The notes under the pieces: model-generated | The model's database searches: none | Told to the model about the DNA's origin: nothing | The model's input: the letters and a program-made list of their open reading frames with translations, nothing else | Assembly (NCBI GenBank): GCA_049903315.1 | Contig: JBNGBT010000007.1 | Span: 32,360-96,359, forward strand | Length of the DNA: 64,000 bases | Source: Candidatus Cloacimonadota bacterium | Lineage (GTDB): Bacteria > Cloacimonadota > Cloacimonadia > JGIOTU-2 | Direction of reading: 5' to 3' | In this document: positions 10,271 through 20,199 of the stretch, in pieces | Layout of the letters: every line of letters starts with the position of its first letter | How positions within the stretch are numbered: position 1 is the stretch's first letter | Program-made: the position numbers and the translations under genes

Positions 10271-11224
10271 ATGAAATTCGCAGATAGTATTCAAAAAGTA
10301 GATAGAAGAATAATCTATGGAATCCTTGCCATTGCAGTCATTCTCCCTCTGGTTTTCCGTCTTGGATTAAAGACCTATACAACCACACCTGTTGAAGACT
10401 TATATCGTCACATTGACGCTGCTGCCGGTAAAGATGACATGGCAATCCTTATGGATTTCACACATGACCCGGGCGTCCTTCCAGAGTTATATCCTATGGA
10501 CCTGGCAATCCTCAGACATTGTTTTCAAAGGAATATCAAAGTATTCACGATCTCATTCCTTCCGCAGGGAGCAGCAATTATTCAATTGGCACTTTCTGAA
10601 GTAAAAGAAGACTACCCGAACATTGAAGCTAATGTTGATTATTGCAACTTCGGTTTTAAGCCATGGAGTTTGAAACTTCCTATTATGCTTGGTATGGGTG
10701 ATGATATTGCAGAAGCGGTTGAAACAAACAGTGAGGGACTCTCGCTTGAGAATCTTCCTATTATGCAGAATCTGAAAAATTATGATAACATACAAGTTGT
10801 TGTAGAGATTTCAGGTTCTTCAATGGGGCAGTTCTGGGTTACGTATGCACGCGCAAAATTTGGTGTTGATGTTGCAGTTGGTCTTACAGCGGTTATGGCT
10901 GCAGACGTGTATCCTTTCCTGCAGACTGGTCAATTTGTTGGTAGTCTTGGCGGGTTGAAAGGTGCCGCAGAGTATGAGCAGCTTGTAGATATCTTTGCGA
11001 TGAATGGTACTGAGTTCAGCAAGAAAAATGCACGTAATATGGCGTGGGTCGAAGCACAATATGAAGAGTTGCCGGAATTAGCAAAACTCTATAAGTATAA
11101 TAAAGCTCGTATCGGCATGGATGCACAGGCAATTGTTCACGTTCTTATCATTCTCTTCATTATTCTTGGTAATATTGGCTACTTTCTTGATCGACGTGCA
11201 CAGAAAAAAAAGTTTGGTAAATAA
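10271..11224 (+). CDS. Conserved hypothetical membrane protein (terminal TM helices, central soluble domain)
   Basis: DRRIIY plus TM at the N-terminus; GGLKGAAEYE; MDAQAIVHVLIILFIILGNIGY C-terminal TM. Confidence 0.75.
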   Translation: MKFADSIQKVDRRIIYGILAIAVILPLVFRLGLKTYTTTPVEDLYRHIDAAAGKDDMAILMDFTHDPGVLPELYPMDLAILRHCFQRNIKVFTISFLPQGAAIIQLALSEVKEDYPNIEANVDYCNFGFKPWSLKLPIMLGMGDDIAEAVETNSEGLSLENLPIMQNLKNYDNIQVVVEISGSSMGQFWVTYARAKFGVDVAVGLTAVMAADVYPFLQTGQFVGSLGGLKGAAEYEQLVDIFAMNGTEFSKKNARNMAWVEAQYEELPELAKLYKYNKARIGMDAQAIVHVLIILFIILGNIGYFLDRRAQKKKFGK

Positions 11225-11234
11225 GGAGTAAAAA

Positions 11235-11834
11235 ATGACTGAAACAATTGGAATCTGGATTGCTGCATTTTTGACACTCTGCATGTTTTCTTTCCTGTAC
11301 AAGGATAATCCTTTCTACAAATTTGCAGAGCATCTCTTCGTAGGCGTTTCGATGGGTTATTATATTCCTTATACATTTTATAATGCCTTCATACCGTACG
11401 CATACGAACCTTTGTTCCTAAAAAAGGAATACATTCTTATCATACCCTTTATCATTGGTATCATGTATTGGTTCAGGTTTTCTTCAAAATATAGCTGGAT
11501 CAGCCGCTATCCCATTGCGTTTGGCATGGGTATAGTTGGTATGGGTGTTCCAATGGGTATGCATGCAAATGTGCTGGTACAAATGAGGACTATGATGCTC
11601 CCCCTCAATAATATCAACATCATATTGATTTTTGTCGGAACGATCAGCATCTTATTGTATTTCTTCTTCTCCAAAGCCCATAAAGGGGTGTACGGAAAGT
11701 TCACGTCCATTGGTATCTGGTTCATGATGGTCGGATTCGGAGCATCCTTCGGTTACACTGTGATGGCTCGTATCTCGCTACTCATTGGACGAGTGCAATT
11801 CCTTCTTGGTGATTGGTTAGGATTGATAAAGTAA
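11235..11834 (+). CDS. Conserved hypothetical polytopic membrane protein (about 6 TM)
   Basis: AGGAG RBS; SFLYKDNPFYKFAEHLFVGVS and GFGASFGYTVMARISLLIGR segments. Confidence 0.75.
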   Translation: MTETIGIWIAAFLTLCMFSFLYKDNPFYKFAEHLFVGVSMGYYIPYTFYNAFIPYAYEPLFLKKEYILIIPFIIGIMYWFRFSSKYSWISRYPIAFGMGIVGMGVPMGMHANVLVQMRTMMLPLNNINIILIFVGTISILLYFFFSKAHKGVYGKFTSIGIWFMMVGFGASFGYTVMARISLLIGRVQFLLGDWLGLIK

Positions 11835-11849
11835 AAATTCTCATTATAT

Positions 11850-11894
11850 AAAAGCACAAAGATTATGATAGGATGTCATGGCTTTGTGCTTTTT
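11850..11894 (+). terminator. Intrinsic terminator ending the membrane-gene cluster
   Basis: AAAAGCACAAAG...CTTTGTGCTTTT inverted repeat with a G-U-containing inner stem, followed by a T-rich tail. Confidence 0.7.
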
Positions 11895-11905
11895 CTTCTT
11901 TGAAC

Positions 11906-12937
11906 ATGAAAAGAAAAATAATTCAAATCGGATTTCTCATAATACTTCTCGTCGTAATTTATGTGAGGATCTCACACGAGAAAAGCAAACCAATTAAGGA
12001 AACGCGTTTTGCACTCGGTACTTTTGTAACCATAGATATTCAAGAAAGAAATAGGCATAACAATGCAATTATTGATTCCGCATTTACGCTTATTCAAACC
12101 TTAGAAAAGCAGTTCTCACTTACGTATCTTAGAAGTGAGACCAACAAAATAAATATTTGTAAAGATTCAATACACATCTCAGAAGATATGCAGGACTTGC
12201 TGCAAATTGCACACCAGACAAGCAAGGAGACCGAAGGTGCATTTGATGTGACAGTAGGCAAGATAATATACATGTATGATTTTGTTGATGAAATCATGCC
12301 CACAGCCGAAGAGATAGATTCTGCTCTTTTTTTTGTTGGACATGAGAAAATTGTCTGTAACAATGATAATTTCATCAAGGATGATCCAGAAATTTTCATT
12401 GATCTCGGAGGAATAGCAAAGGGATTTATCGTTGATAAAGCTATTCGATATATAATAGAAAATGGCATAAATTATGCGGCAATAAATGCAGGGGGCGACC
12501 TCTTTGTGTTGAGTAATCCAGAGACAGAAACCTGGAAGATTGGCATTCAACATCCCCGAAATCAATCAGCATTATTTGGTTCGATCGAAGTCAAAGATAG
12601 GGCTGTAGTAACTTCCGGAGATTATGAACAATTTTTTATAAAAGAGGGAAAGCGTATTCATCACATTATCGATCCCAAGACCGGACTTCCTTCCTATAAT
12701 TCTGTGAGTGTTACTGTTATAGCACGAAATGCTACAATTGCAGATGCATTATGTACAGCACTTTTTGTGATAGGACCAAATCTGGGCATCAAACTTGTGG
12801 ATCAGAAAGTTGATATCGAAGCGCTTATTATTTTTGAACAAGATGGGGAACTTTGCTATGTTATTTCAGATAATTTTGACAAATTTAACTTCACTTTGTT
12901 AGACTCAACTGCACTTTTTATAAAGGATTTGCAATGA
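11906..12937 (+). CDS. apbE: FAD:protein FMN transferase
   Basis: GAFDVTVG, DLGGIAKG, INAGGD, VTSGDYE, HHIIDPKTG, ADALCTA. Start moved to MKRKII because the upstream extension overlaps the terminator. Confidence 0.92.
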   Translation: MKRKIIQIGFLIILLVVIYVRISHEKSKPIKETRFALGTFVTIDIQERNRHNNAIIDSAFTLIQTLEKQFSLTYLRSETNKINICKDSIHISEDMQDLLQIAHQTSKETEGAFDVTVGKIIYMYDFVDEIMPTAEEIDSALFFVGHEKIVCNNDNFIKDDPEIFIDLGGIAKGFIVDKAIRYIIENGINYAAINAGGDLFVLSNPETETWKIGIQHPRNQSALFGSIEVKDRAVVTSGDYEQFFIKEGKRIHHIIDPKTGLPSYNSVSVTVIARNATIADALCTALFVIGPNLGIKLVDQKVDIEALIIFEQDGELCYVISDNFDKFNFTLLDSTALFIKDLQ

Positions 12938-13704
12938 AATTGAATGATATTCAAAACCAGAAAGACACAAGAAAAATTCCGATTAATAAAGTTGGCGTCA
13001 AAGGACTCAAATATCCTGTAGTGCTTCAGGACAAATCAAATGGCACCCAGAATTCCGTTGCTGATATCAATATGTATGTTGAACTTCCTCACGATTTCCG
13101 TGGTACTCATATGAGCAGGTTTATAGAGATACTTCACCATTATCATCAGGAAACGATCATTGATAATCTTGAAAAGCTGCTTCAAGAGATGAAAACGAAA
13201 CTTGATGCTGATGTTGCATATCTCGAAATGGAATTTCCTTATTTTATAAAAAAAGCAGCACCTGTGACAAAAGCAGAATCTCTTTCATCTTATCAATGCG
13301 GCTTCAAAGCAAGTCTGGGCAAAAAATTTATTTTTGAAATGTATGCAAAAGTGCCGGTCCTTTCTTTATGCCCTTGTTCGAAAGAAATCAGCACGAATAG
13401 CGCTCATAATCAGAGAGCATATGTGACGGTGAGTATTTTATACAAAGATTTTGTGTGGCTTGAAGAACTTATAGAGCTCATCGAAAAATCCGCAAGCTGT
13501 GAAGTGTATTCATTGTTGAAAAGACCAGATGAGAAATATGTCACAGAGAAAAGCTATGATAATCCAAAATTTGTCGAAGATATAGCGCGGGATATAGCTC
13601 TTGCGCTTAAGAAGGATGTACGAATTTCCAATTTTACCGTTGAAGCTGAAAGCATTGAGTCAATCCATAATCATAATGCTTTTGCTATGATCACAAACTC
13701 ATAA
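12934..13704 (+). CDS. folE2: GTP cyclohydrolase IB
   Basis: RGTHMSRF, LCPCSKEIS, AHNQR, LLKRPDEKYVTE, NPKFVED, ESIHNHNA. Confidence 0.93.
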   Translation: MKLNDIQNQKDTRKIPINKVGVKGLKYPVVLQDKSNGTQNSVADINMYVELPHDFRGTHMSRFIEILHHYHQETIIDNLEKLLQEMKTKLDADVAYLEMEFPYFIKKAAPVTKAESLSSYQCGFKASLGKKFIFEMYAKVPVLSLCPCSKEISTNSAHNQRAYVTVSILYKDFVWLEELIELIEKSASCEVYSLLKRPDEKYVTEKSYDNPKFVEDIARDIALALKKDVRISNFTVEAESIESIHNHNAFAMITNS

Positions 13705-13713
13705 GGAAAAATT

Positions 13714-14478
13714 ATGATTAAAAGAGAAAAAATCGTAAAATTTTGTAATGAATATTTGAAGGTAGATACTTTTAAAGATTATTGTTATAATGGACTGCAG
13801 ATTGAGGGGAAAGAAGATATTTCTAAGATTGTGACCGGTGTGAGTCTTTCCAGACAGTTTATTGAAAAAGCAATTGAGGAAAAAGCTGATATGATAGTGG
13901 TCCATCACGGTTTATTTAAGAATCAGCTTGGCGATCCACCTCGAATAATCGGCATTTTTAAGAATAGAATTAAATTACTGATGCAACACGACATAAACCT
14001 CTGTGGCTATCATCTCCCCCTTGATGCGCATCCTGAAATAGGTAATAATATCAGTCTTGCGCGACTTTTAAAACTCATAAACCTCGAACATCTGATTTCC
14101 CCATATTATGGTGAGATTGGATATATTGGAGACATGAAGGTTGAAATGAAATTCATTGATTTTATCTCATATGTTAATAAAATGCTTCATACACAATCAT
14201 TTATCATTGCGGCAGGTCATGAATGGGTAAAAAAGGTTGGCATCATATCCGGTGGAAGTGCTATTGAATATTCTGAAGCATTTGCACAAGGCGCAGATAC
14301 ATTCATTACTGGAGAAATAAAAGAGAATATCGTGCGTGAAGTTGAAGAAACAGGAATGAATTTTATTAATGCAGGACACTATAATACCGAAAAACTCGGC
14401 ATACAAAACCTGGGGAAACTTGTGTCAGAGAAGTTCAACATTCAGATGAAATTCATTGATATTCCATGTGAGGTATAA
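13714..14478 (+). CDS. Nif3/DUF34 (YbgI-like) dinuclear metal protein
   Basis: DYCYNGLQIEG, VVHHG, YHLPLDAHPEIGNN, AGHYNTE. Confidence 0.9.
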   Translation: MIKREKIVKFCNEYLKVDTFKDYCYNGLQIEGKEDISKIVTGVSLSRQFIEKAIEEKADMIVVHHGLFKNQLGDPPRIIGIFKNRIKLLMQHDINLCGYHLPLDAHPEIGNNISLARLLKLINLEHLISPYYGEIGYIGDMKVEMKFIDFISYVNKMLHTQSFIIAAGHEWVKKVGIISGGSAIEYSEAFAQGADTFITGEIKENIVREVEETGMNFINAGHYNTEKLGIQNLGKLVSEKFNIQMKFIDIPCEV

Positions 14479-14547
14479 TTTTTGACACATTATTGACAGA
14501 AAAATTTTCTATTTATAAATGTTGATTATTCACATTTAGGAGATACA

Positions 14548-15819
14548 ATGATTGGCGGTCCTTCAAAGAAAAAGGTCATGGAAGAGCTCGAGCAGAAGAA
14601 TAAGCGTATTCGAGAACTCGAAATAATGGAGAGTAAATATCAACAAACACGTGAGAATTTGCTCCAAATTGCTCGAAATCTTAATCAAAGAATCAGTGAA
14701 GTCAAATGTCTTTATAATATAACAAGTCTCGTAGAAAAACCGAACATCACAATTGAAGGTGTTTTAAAGGGAACAATCGAACAAGTACCAAAAGCATGGC
14801 AATTTCCAGAAATAACTTGTGCAAAAGTTACTTGGGGTGAAAAGGAATTTCAAACCGAGAATTACCATACACCGATTTCTTATCTCAAAGCTGAAATTAA
14901 AGTTTACGGAGAATCCGTCGCAACAATCGAGGTTGGTTATCTTGAGAAGAAACCGACGAGTTTTGAAGGTCCCTTTACAAAAGATGAGAGGGAACTCCTC
15001 AACTCTATTGCAAAGCAGCTTGGTCGGATCATCGAACAAAAACAAGCCGAACAGGGTTTGATCAGATTGCAGAAAGCAATACAAACCATGCGCCTTGGAG
15101 TTACTATTACTGATCAGGATAGAAATATTGTCTATACGAATCCTGCAGATGCAAAGATGCATGGATATACTGTTGAGGAATTGATTGGAAAGGATGTGCG
15201 CCTTTTCTCTCCAAAGGAAAACATCTCTCCTGTAGATGAAATCGATAAGTGGAAAGGAATGACGCGGGAAAGCGTCAATTTACGTAAAGATGGTTCTTCT
15301 TTCCCGGTAAGGCTTGTCTCTGATGTAGTGAAAGATAATGAAGGTGAGACTGTTGGATTTGTAACAATCTCAGAAGATCTCACTGAGCGTATGAGTGCAG
15401 AACATGCAAAAAAAGCTTTCGAAACTATGCGCCTTGGTGTCACCCTTACAGATACCGACAGAAGAATTATATACACAAATCCCGCAGACGCACTTATGCA
15501 TGGATACGAAGTCGCTGAACTCCTTGGCAAGGACGTGCGGCTATTTTCCCCGCCTGATCTTCATAAATACACCACAAAGGGTGAAATCACTAAATGGAAG
15601 GGCAAAGTTCGTGAGAGTATAAATATCCGCAAGGATGGCACATTATTCGCAGTACGCCTTATTACTGATGTTGTGAAAAATATGCGGGGAGAAACCATTG
15701 CTTTTGTCACAATATCTGAAGATATTTCTGACAGGGTAACAATACACGAGGTTGATCCTGAATCTGAAAGTAAAGAAAAGATCGATTTCGGAGAAACAGG
15801 ACATCCATTAAAAAGTTAA
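14548..15819 (+). CDS. Sensory protein: coiled coil, GAF-like segment and two tandem PAS/PAC domains, no output domain
   Basis: Two near-duplicate units GVT.TD.DR.I.YTNPADA.MHGY...EL.GKDVRLFSP...RKDG..F.VRL; no H-box, GGDEF or HD-GYP motif. Confidence 0.8.
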   Translation: MIGGPSKKKVMEELEQKNKRIRELEIMESKYQQTRENLLQIARNLNQRISEVKCLYNITSLVEKPNITIEGVLKGTIEQVPKAWQFPEITCAKVTWGEKEFQTENYHTPISYLKAEIKVYGESVATIEVGYLEKKPTSFEGPFTKDERELLNSIAKQLGRIIEQKQAEQGLIRLQKAIQTMRLGVTITDQDRNIVYTNPADAKMHGYTVEELIGKDVRLFSPKENISPVDEIDKWKGMTRESVNLRKDGSSFPVRLVSDVVKDNEGETVGFVTISEDLTERMSAEHAKKAFETMRLGVTLTDTDRRIIYTNPADALMHGYEVAELLGKDVRLFSPPDLHKYTTKGEITKWKGKVRESINIRKDGTLFAVRLITDVVKNMRGETIAFVTISEDISDRVTIHEVDPESESKEKIDFGETGHPLKS

Positions 15820-15844
15820 AGATATTCCTATTTATATATTAAAT

Positions 15845-15875
15845 GAACCTCTCAGCCTGAGAGGTTCTTTTTTTT
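15845..15875. terminator. Intrinsic terminator between convergent genes
   Basis: Perfect 10-bp stem GAACCTCTCA-gcc-TGAGAGGTTC followed by a T run. Confidence 0.85.
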
Positions 15876-16671
15876 ATTCAATAATTTCTAAAAGGGAAGC
15901 TTTGTAGTGTAAATTTTCATCACCGGACAACCATTTATCCAACCCATGATACAATGCTTTTTTCCATGAACCATGCATCGGATTTGGTAAAATGATGAAT
16001 TTTCGTCCCCATTCTGTACGAAGTGAATCTGTAATATTTTTTCGTTCATCAATGGATTCATTATAATAATCACCAAGAAAATCAACACAATTATCACCTA
16101 TAAATAGAATGACAACATAATCTTCACTTACCTTGTCGCGTCTCTGTTGTTTAGTATCATCTGAGTCCCGCATAAGTAGGTGATTATTATCAGCTTGGGG
16201 AAGTTCCAGATCTACAATCTGCTGAAGTGTGATGTCAGTAGAATTATCCCTTCTGTTCGTTACATAGAAAATACTGTAACCTTCTTTATCAAGATACTCT
16301 AAGAACTCACCCGCTCCCGGAATGAGTGTTGCGTCACCGGACGCAATCCATTCATAGAATTCCTTAGGATATTCTTGCTCTCTTATCACACCGGTAGCAT
16401 TATATTTTGCATTGAATAAGACCGTCTCATCTAGATCAATAATGACAGCACGTGGTTTAGGCCATTCTTTCATCAGATCAATATGGATTCTGTCATATGC
16501 GACATTGAATGCCTGGTAACACAGCGCTCGGTATTCGGATGACGTTTGCTGCCACAATGCAGCAGTGAGACTTTCTTTCTCATTGAAACCATCATCTTCT
16601 GCAATGACAAATGAGGGAAATGAGCATAATATGATAAAAGTTATAATACCAAAAATTAAATATTTTTTCAT
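15874..16671 (-). CDS. Class C acid phosphatase / 5'-nucleotidase, e(P4) family (HAD)
   Basis: DLDETV, YVTNR, IGDN..DF, ILPNPMHGSW; signal peptide starting MKKYLIF. Confidence 0.88.
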   Translation of the reverse strand: MKKYLIFGIITFIILCSFPSFVIAEDDGFNEKESLTAALWQQTSSEYRALCYQAFNVAYDRIHIDLMKEWPKPRAVIIDLDETVLFNAKYNATGVIREQEYPKEFYEWIASGDATLIPGAGEFLEYLDKEGYSIFYVTNRRDNSTDITLQQIVDLELPQADNNHLLMRDSDDTKQQRRDKVSEDYVVILFIGDNCVDFLGDYYNESIDERKNITDSLRTEWGRKFIILPNPMHGSWKKALYHGLDKWLSGDENLHYKASLLEIIE

Positions 16672-16685
16672 GATTATCCTTATTT

Positions 16686-17630
16686 TTAAAACCATTTCCG
16701 TTTTATAAAAATTATCACACCCACCAATGCAAGCAATACCGATGCTACCATTAAGATCGCAAATGCGTGTGCAGATCGGGCAAAAGGAAGGGCAATATTC
16801 ATTCCATAAATGCTTGATATGAGAGTGGGAAGCATGAGTATAATTGTGACTGAAGTAAGGAACTTCATTACTTTATTCAGGTTATTGGAAATCATCGAAG
16901 CAAATGCATCCATGGTACTTCGCAGAATATTTGCATGGATCGAGGTCATTTCCAGCGCCTGCTTATTATCAATGATCATATCTTCGAGAAGATCAGCATC
17001 TTCTTCAAATTTGGTGAAAGTACCTACGCGTGACAGCTTCTCCATGACAGATTCGTTTGATCTTAAAGATGTGGCAAAATACACCAAACTTTTCTGCAAG
17101 TCCAGCAGATCCATGAGGCGTTCATTATTCATTGAATCCTCGAGTTGATCTTCAATAGCATTGGATATTTTGTTGATTCTTTTGAGATAGTTTAAATAAA
17201 CCGTTGCAGTTCGCGACAAGATCTGAAGTATCAAGCGGTTTCTCTTCGCAATGGAAAAATTTTTCACCCTTCCTTTGACAAAGTTTTGAAGTACATCATC
17301 ATCCTTTGAAGAAACTGTAATGATGCATTTTTCCGTGAGTATTATCCCTAAAGGAAAGGTAATAAATTGGATCGCAGCTTCTTCATCATCCTGGAAATAG
17401 GGGGTCTGGATAATAAGCAGTCTTTTTCCATCTTCAAGCTCCATACGGGGACTCTCATTTTCGTCGAGAGGATCTTCGATGAAATCTTTAGGAATATCAA
17501 AAGTTGTAGTTATCATCTCGATCTCTTCCTGTGTAGGGGAGACAAGATATACCCAGATATTTTCTTCGAGAAGATCGTACTGTTCTTTCTCAGTAAATTT
17601 TCCATCTACAGTTTTAAATACTTTTATCAT
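16686..17630 (-). CDS. corA: CorA family Mg2+/Co2+ transporter
   Basis: ISNNLNKVMKFLT, PTLISSIYGMN signature, two C-terminal TM helices. Confidence 0.9.
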   Translation of the reverse strand: MIKVFKTVDGKFTEKEQYDLLEENIWVYLVSPTQEEIEMITTTFDIPKDFIEDPLDENESPRMELEDGKRLLIIQTPYFQDDEEAAIQFITFPLGIILTEKCIITVSSKDDDVLQNFVKGRVKNFSIAKRNRLILQILSRTATVYLNYLKRINKISNAIEDQLEDSMNNERLMDLLDLQKSLVYFATSLRSNESVMEKLSRVGTFTKFEEDADLLEDMIIDNKQALEMTSIHANILRSTMDAFASMISNNLNKVMKFLTSVTIILMLPTLISSIYGMNIALPFARSAHAFAILMVASVLLALVGVIIFIKRKWF

Positions 17631-17736
17631 ATTGACCTACCAAAACCTAGGTTATGAAGAAATCAGAATGAGTGGTTTTCGTTGTCAAGGAAATGAAAGA
17701 TGGCACACCGTTAACTATTAATACTGAGCCAATTTA

Positions 17737-17768
17737 AACCACCGAGAACACAGAGAATCACAGAGAAA
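17737..17768 (+). repeat. Short ACAGAGAA-type intergenic repeat element, copy 1
   Basis: AACCACCGAGAACACAGAGAATCACAGAGAAA; a near-identical copy lies at 46546-46575. Confidence 0.55.
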
Positions 17769-17829
17769 GTCTAATGAAAAACATTTTCAATCCTCTTGCT
17801 TTCATTTCCTCTCCTTGCCAAAGAGAGGT

Positions 17830-20181
17830 TTATGGTGAGGTTAGTTTCACTATCTTCCTCACAACCGCAGTATCTTCAAACTCAAGTGAACAAAAATACA
17901 CTCCTGGTGCAGTGATGTTCCCATCCATATCCTTGCCATACCACACTATTTCATTTATTGCCCAGAAATGCTCATCTGGTCCGTAAAACCTTCGTACAAG
18001 CTGTCCTCGAGAATTGTAGATTGAAACCTGGTATTCTCTCACTCTGTCATAATCCAATGATGTAAAAGAAATTGTTGTTTGATCTTTGAAAGGATTTGGG
18101 GTGTTCTTAAAGAAATACAGGTTATTTACCACATTCGTATCTGGATCTACACTGTATCCCTGCCATTCCAGAGCTCCCATGTCGATTCTTCCTCCATAAA
18201 TACGAGGATTTCCTGCAACATCCACCCAGGGAAGATGCAATCCGGTTGTATCCGGTGTGCCTGCATCGATACAGGGAGAAGTGCTCGATAAATAATAAGG
18301 ATAATCTCCCGTACCTGTAAACTGTGGATAATCATCGATATTTCCGTCCAGCCAGTTTACGATATTAGCATTGTGCTCATTCCAAACACCATCTTCTCCA
18401 TTTTTAATATCATTGTATTGAAGATTGAGTGTTGATATGATCCCATAATTGGATAAATCCCACACAAATATCTCAGCAGGTGTATTGTCGTTCCACATAA
18501 TATTATTAGATATCTCGACATTTCCTCCTACAGTTAAAGCTGCTCTTTGTGCCTCATTCCCAGAAAAAGTATTATTGGTGATGAAAACATCTCCCATTGG
18601 ATCGGTCGATGAACACGACATAATAGACACCGACGGTGTTGAATTATTAGAAATAACTGAATTTCTTACTTCTAATGTAGGATTGCAGAATTGGTCATAA
18701 CTGAGTATAAACAAAGTAATATCTGCATTATTATTACTATTATTATCGAAAATACAATTTTTTATTTTTCCATATTCATGTGCATTTATCTTTAAGATAA
18801 ATGAAAAAACACCATGCGAATAGTTATTCGAAAAAACACAATTTTCTATCTTCGCATTATATTTCCAATGTAATATACTATTTACCCAATTGGTTTGAAT
18901 ATTATTAAACAACAAATTTTTATATAATACTGAATCAGAGTAATTTATATAAAAAATGCTTCCATTTTCGCATATTATATCATTAAACTTTAAATTCTCA
19001 AACTTATAATTTTTATTTTTTCCCTTTGAGGAATAAATTACATTATTGATAGTACATTCTGCCCAAAAAGTAAAATTTATAATACTTATATTTTTTTTCA
19101 TATTTGTAGAAAAGACCGTTGTCGAAAAAAAATCATCGTCATGTATAATCTTCGTATCGATATTCTCACCAATGAGTGATGTATTGCTTTTCATAGATAT
19201 CGGAAATAACTGGTCATTAATAATTTTTGAATAAATCCCTTCTGCCACATGAACCACCTTCGGACTTAAGCTGTCATTTGCAATTCGATAGGTCGCCAAT
19301 GCAATAGTTTTTAAAGGATCATCTGGTGACAATCCGCTGTTATTGTCATCACCGTCTGGGGCAACATACAAATCGTGGTTTATCTCTTCCATCCATACGT
19401 TTTGAATATCAAATAAAAATTCACCCGAATATCCATAATTACAAATGTATTCTGCAAAATATCCATCTGGATTAAATACAGTAAATGTATCTACAAAAAC
19501 ATGCACTTTACATGAATCATACGCATACATATCCTGTCCTAAACCAGCATGATTATTATAGAAATTGCATAAGTTATTAGGATCAAAAATAGGTTTAGCA
19601 GAAAAATCAAATATTCCCCCCCCAACGTTTGCATAATTTTGCCTCATTGTTACGCCAGATAAATAGATTGGAAATATGTTGTGAGGAACACCGCCAGCAA
19701 ATATCCCACCTCCTTCACATGCAATATTTTCTTTTATTATACAATTAATTACATTCAGTTCAGTATCATCCGCATACCAATTTGATACCAGTATACCCCC
19801 TCCTCTTGAGAAATATATTGGCCATACTGTTCCTTTACCATTAGTAATAGTAAATCCTTGTATTACTGCATTCTCATTGTTTAATACTGTTACACAACTC
19901 CCTGATCGGTCTCCATCGATTATTGTCGAATCAATAAATACCTTATTTCTAGTTGTGAGTTCTAAACTCGCTAATGTAATACTATGCCCGTTAAAATTTA
20001 CATTCTCGATATATCTCCCGGGATATACTAAAACAACATCTCCATCTACAGAATTGTCTATTCCATCCTGAATAGTTAAATAATCCCCTGTACCGTCAAT
20101 ATCGACGGTTATTGTATCTGAATATATATCTGAGAGTATAAGAATTATAAGTAATATTTGTAGTAATATTATTTTTTTCAT
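17830..20181 (-). CDS. Secreted right-handed beta-helix protein (DUF1565-like) with FlgD-Ig/T9SS-like C-terminal domain
   Basis: Signal peptide; GDYLTIQDGID, GGGI repeats, LYVAPDGDDNNSGLSPDDPLKTI, SPCIDAG, RIDMGALE; C-terminal PNPF...IYNSRGQLV...W.G...PGVYF. Confidence 0.8.
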   Translation of the reverse strand: MKKIILLQILLIILILSDIYSDTITVDIDGTGDYLTIQDGIDNSVDGDVVLVYPGRYIENVNFNGHSITLASLELTTRNKVFIDSTIIDGDRSGSCVTVLNNENAVIQGFTITNGKGTVWPIYFSRGGGILVSNWYADDTELNVINCIIKENIACEGGGIFAGGVPHNIFPIYLSGVTMRQNYANVGGGIFDFSAKPIFDPNNLCNFYNNHAGLGQDMYAYDSCKVHVFVDTFTVFNPDGYFAEYICNYGYSGEFLFDIQNVWMEEINHDLYVAPDGDDNNSGLSPDDPLKTIALATYRIANDSLSPKVVHVAEGIYSKIINDQLFPISMKSNTSLIGENIDTKIIHDDDFFSTTVFSTNMKKNISIINFTFWAECTINNVIYSSKGKNKNYKFENLKFNDIICENGSIFYINYSDSVLYKNLLFNNIQTNWVNSILHWKYNAKIENCVFSNNYSHGVFSFILKINAHEYGKIKNCIFDNNSNNNADITLFILSYDQFCNPTLEVRNSVISNNSTPSVSIMSCSSTDPMGDVFITNNTFSGNEAQRAALTVGGNVEISNNIMWNDNTPAEIFVWDLSNYGIISTLNLQYNDIKNGEDGVWNEHNANIVNWLDGNIDDYPQFTGTGDYPYYLSSTSPCIDAGTPDTTGLHLPWVDVAGNPRIYGGRIDMGALEWQGYSVDPDTNVVNNLYFFKNTPNPFKDQTTISFTSLDYDRVREYQVSIYNSRGQLVRRFYGPDEHFWAINEIVWYGKDMDGNITAPGVYFCSLEFEDTAVVRKIVKLTSP

Positions 20182-20199
20182 TACGATCCTTTTTTATAA

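Noticed and set aside
11906..12937. ApbE as the flavinylating partner of the DUF6754 membrane cluster
   Set aside because: A strong terminator-like hairpin (11850-11894) separates them, and no [S/T]GA[S/T] flavinylation motif was found in the four proteins (the closest is TGAI).
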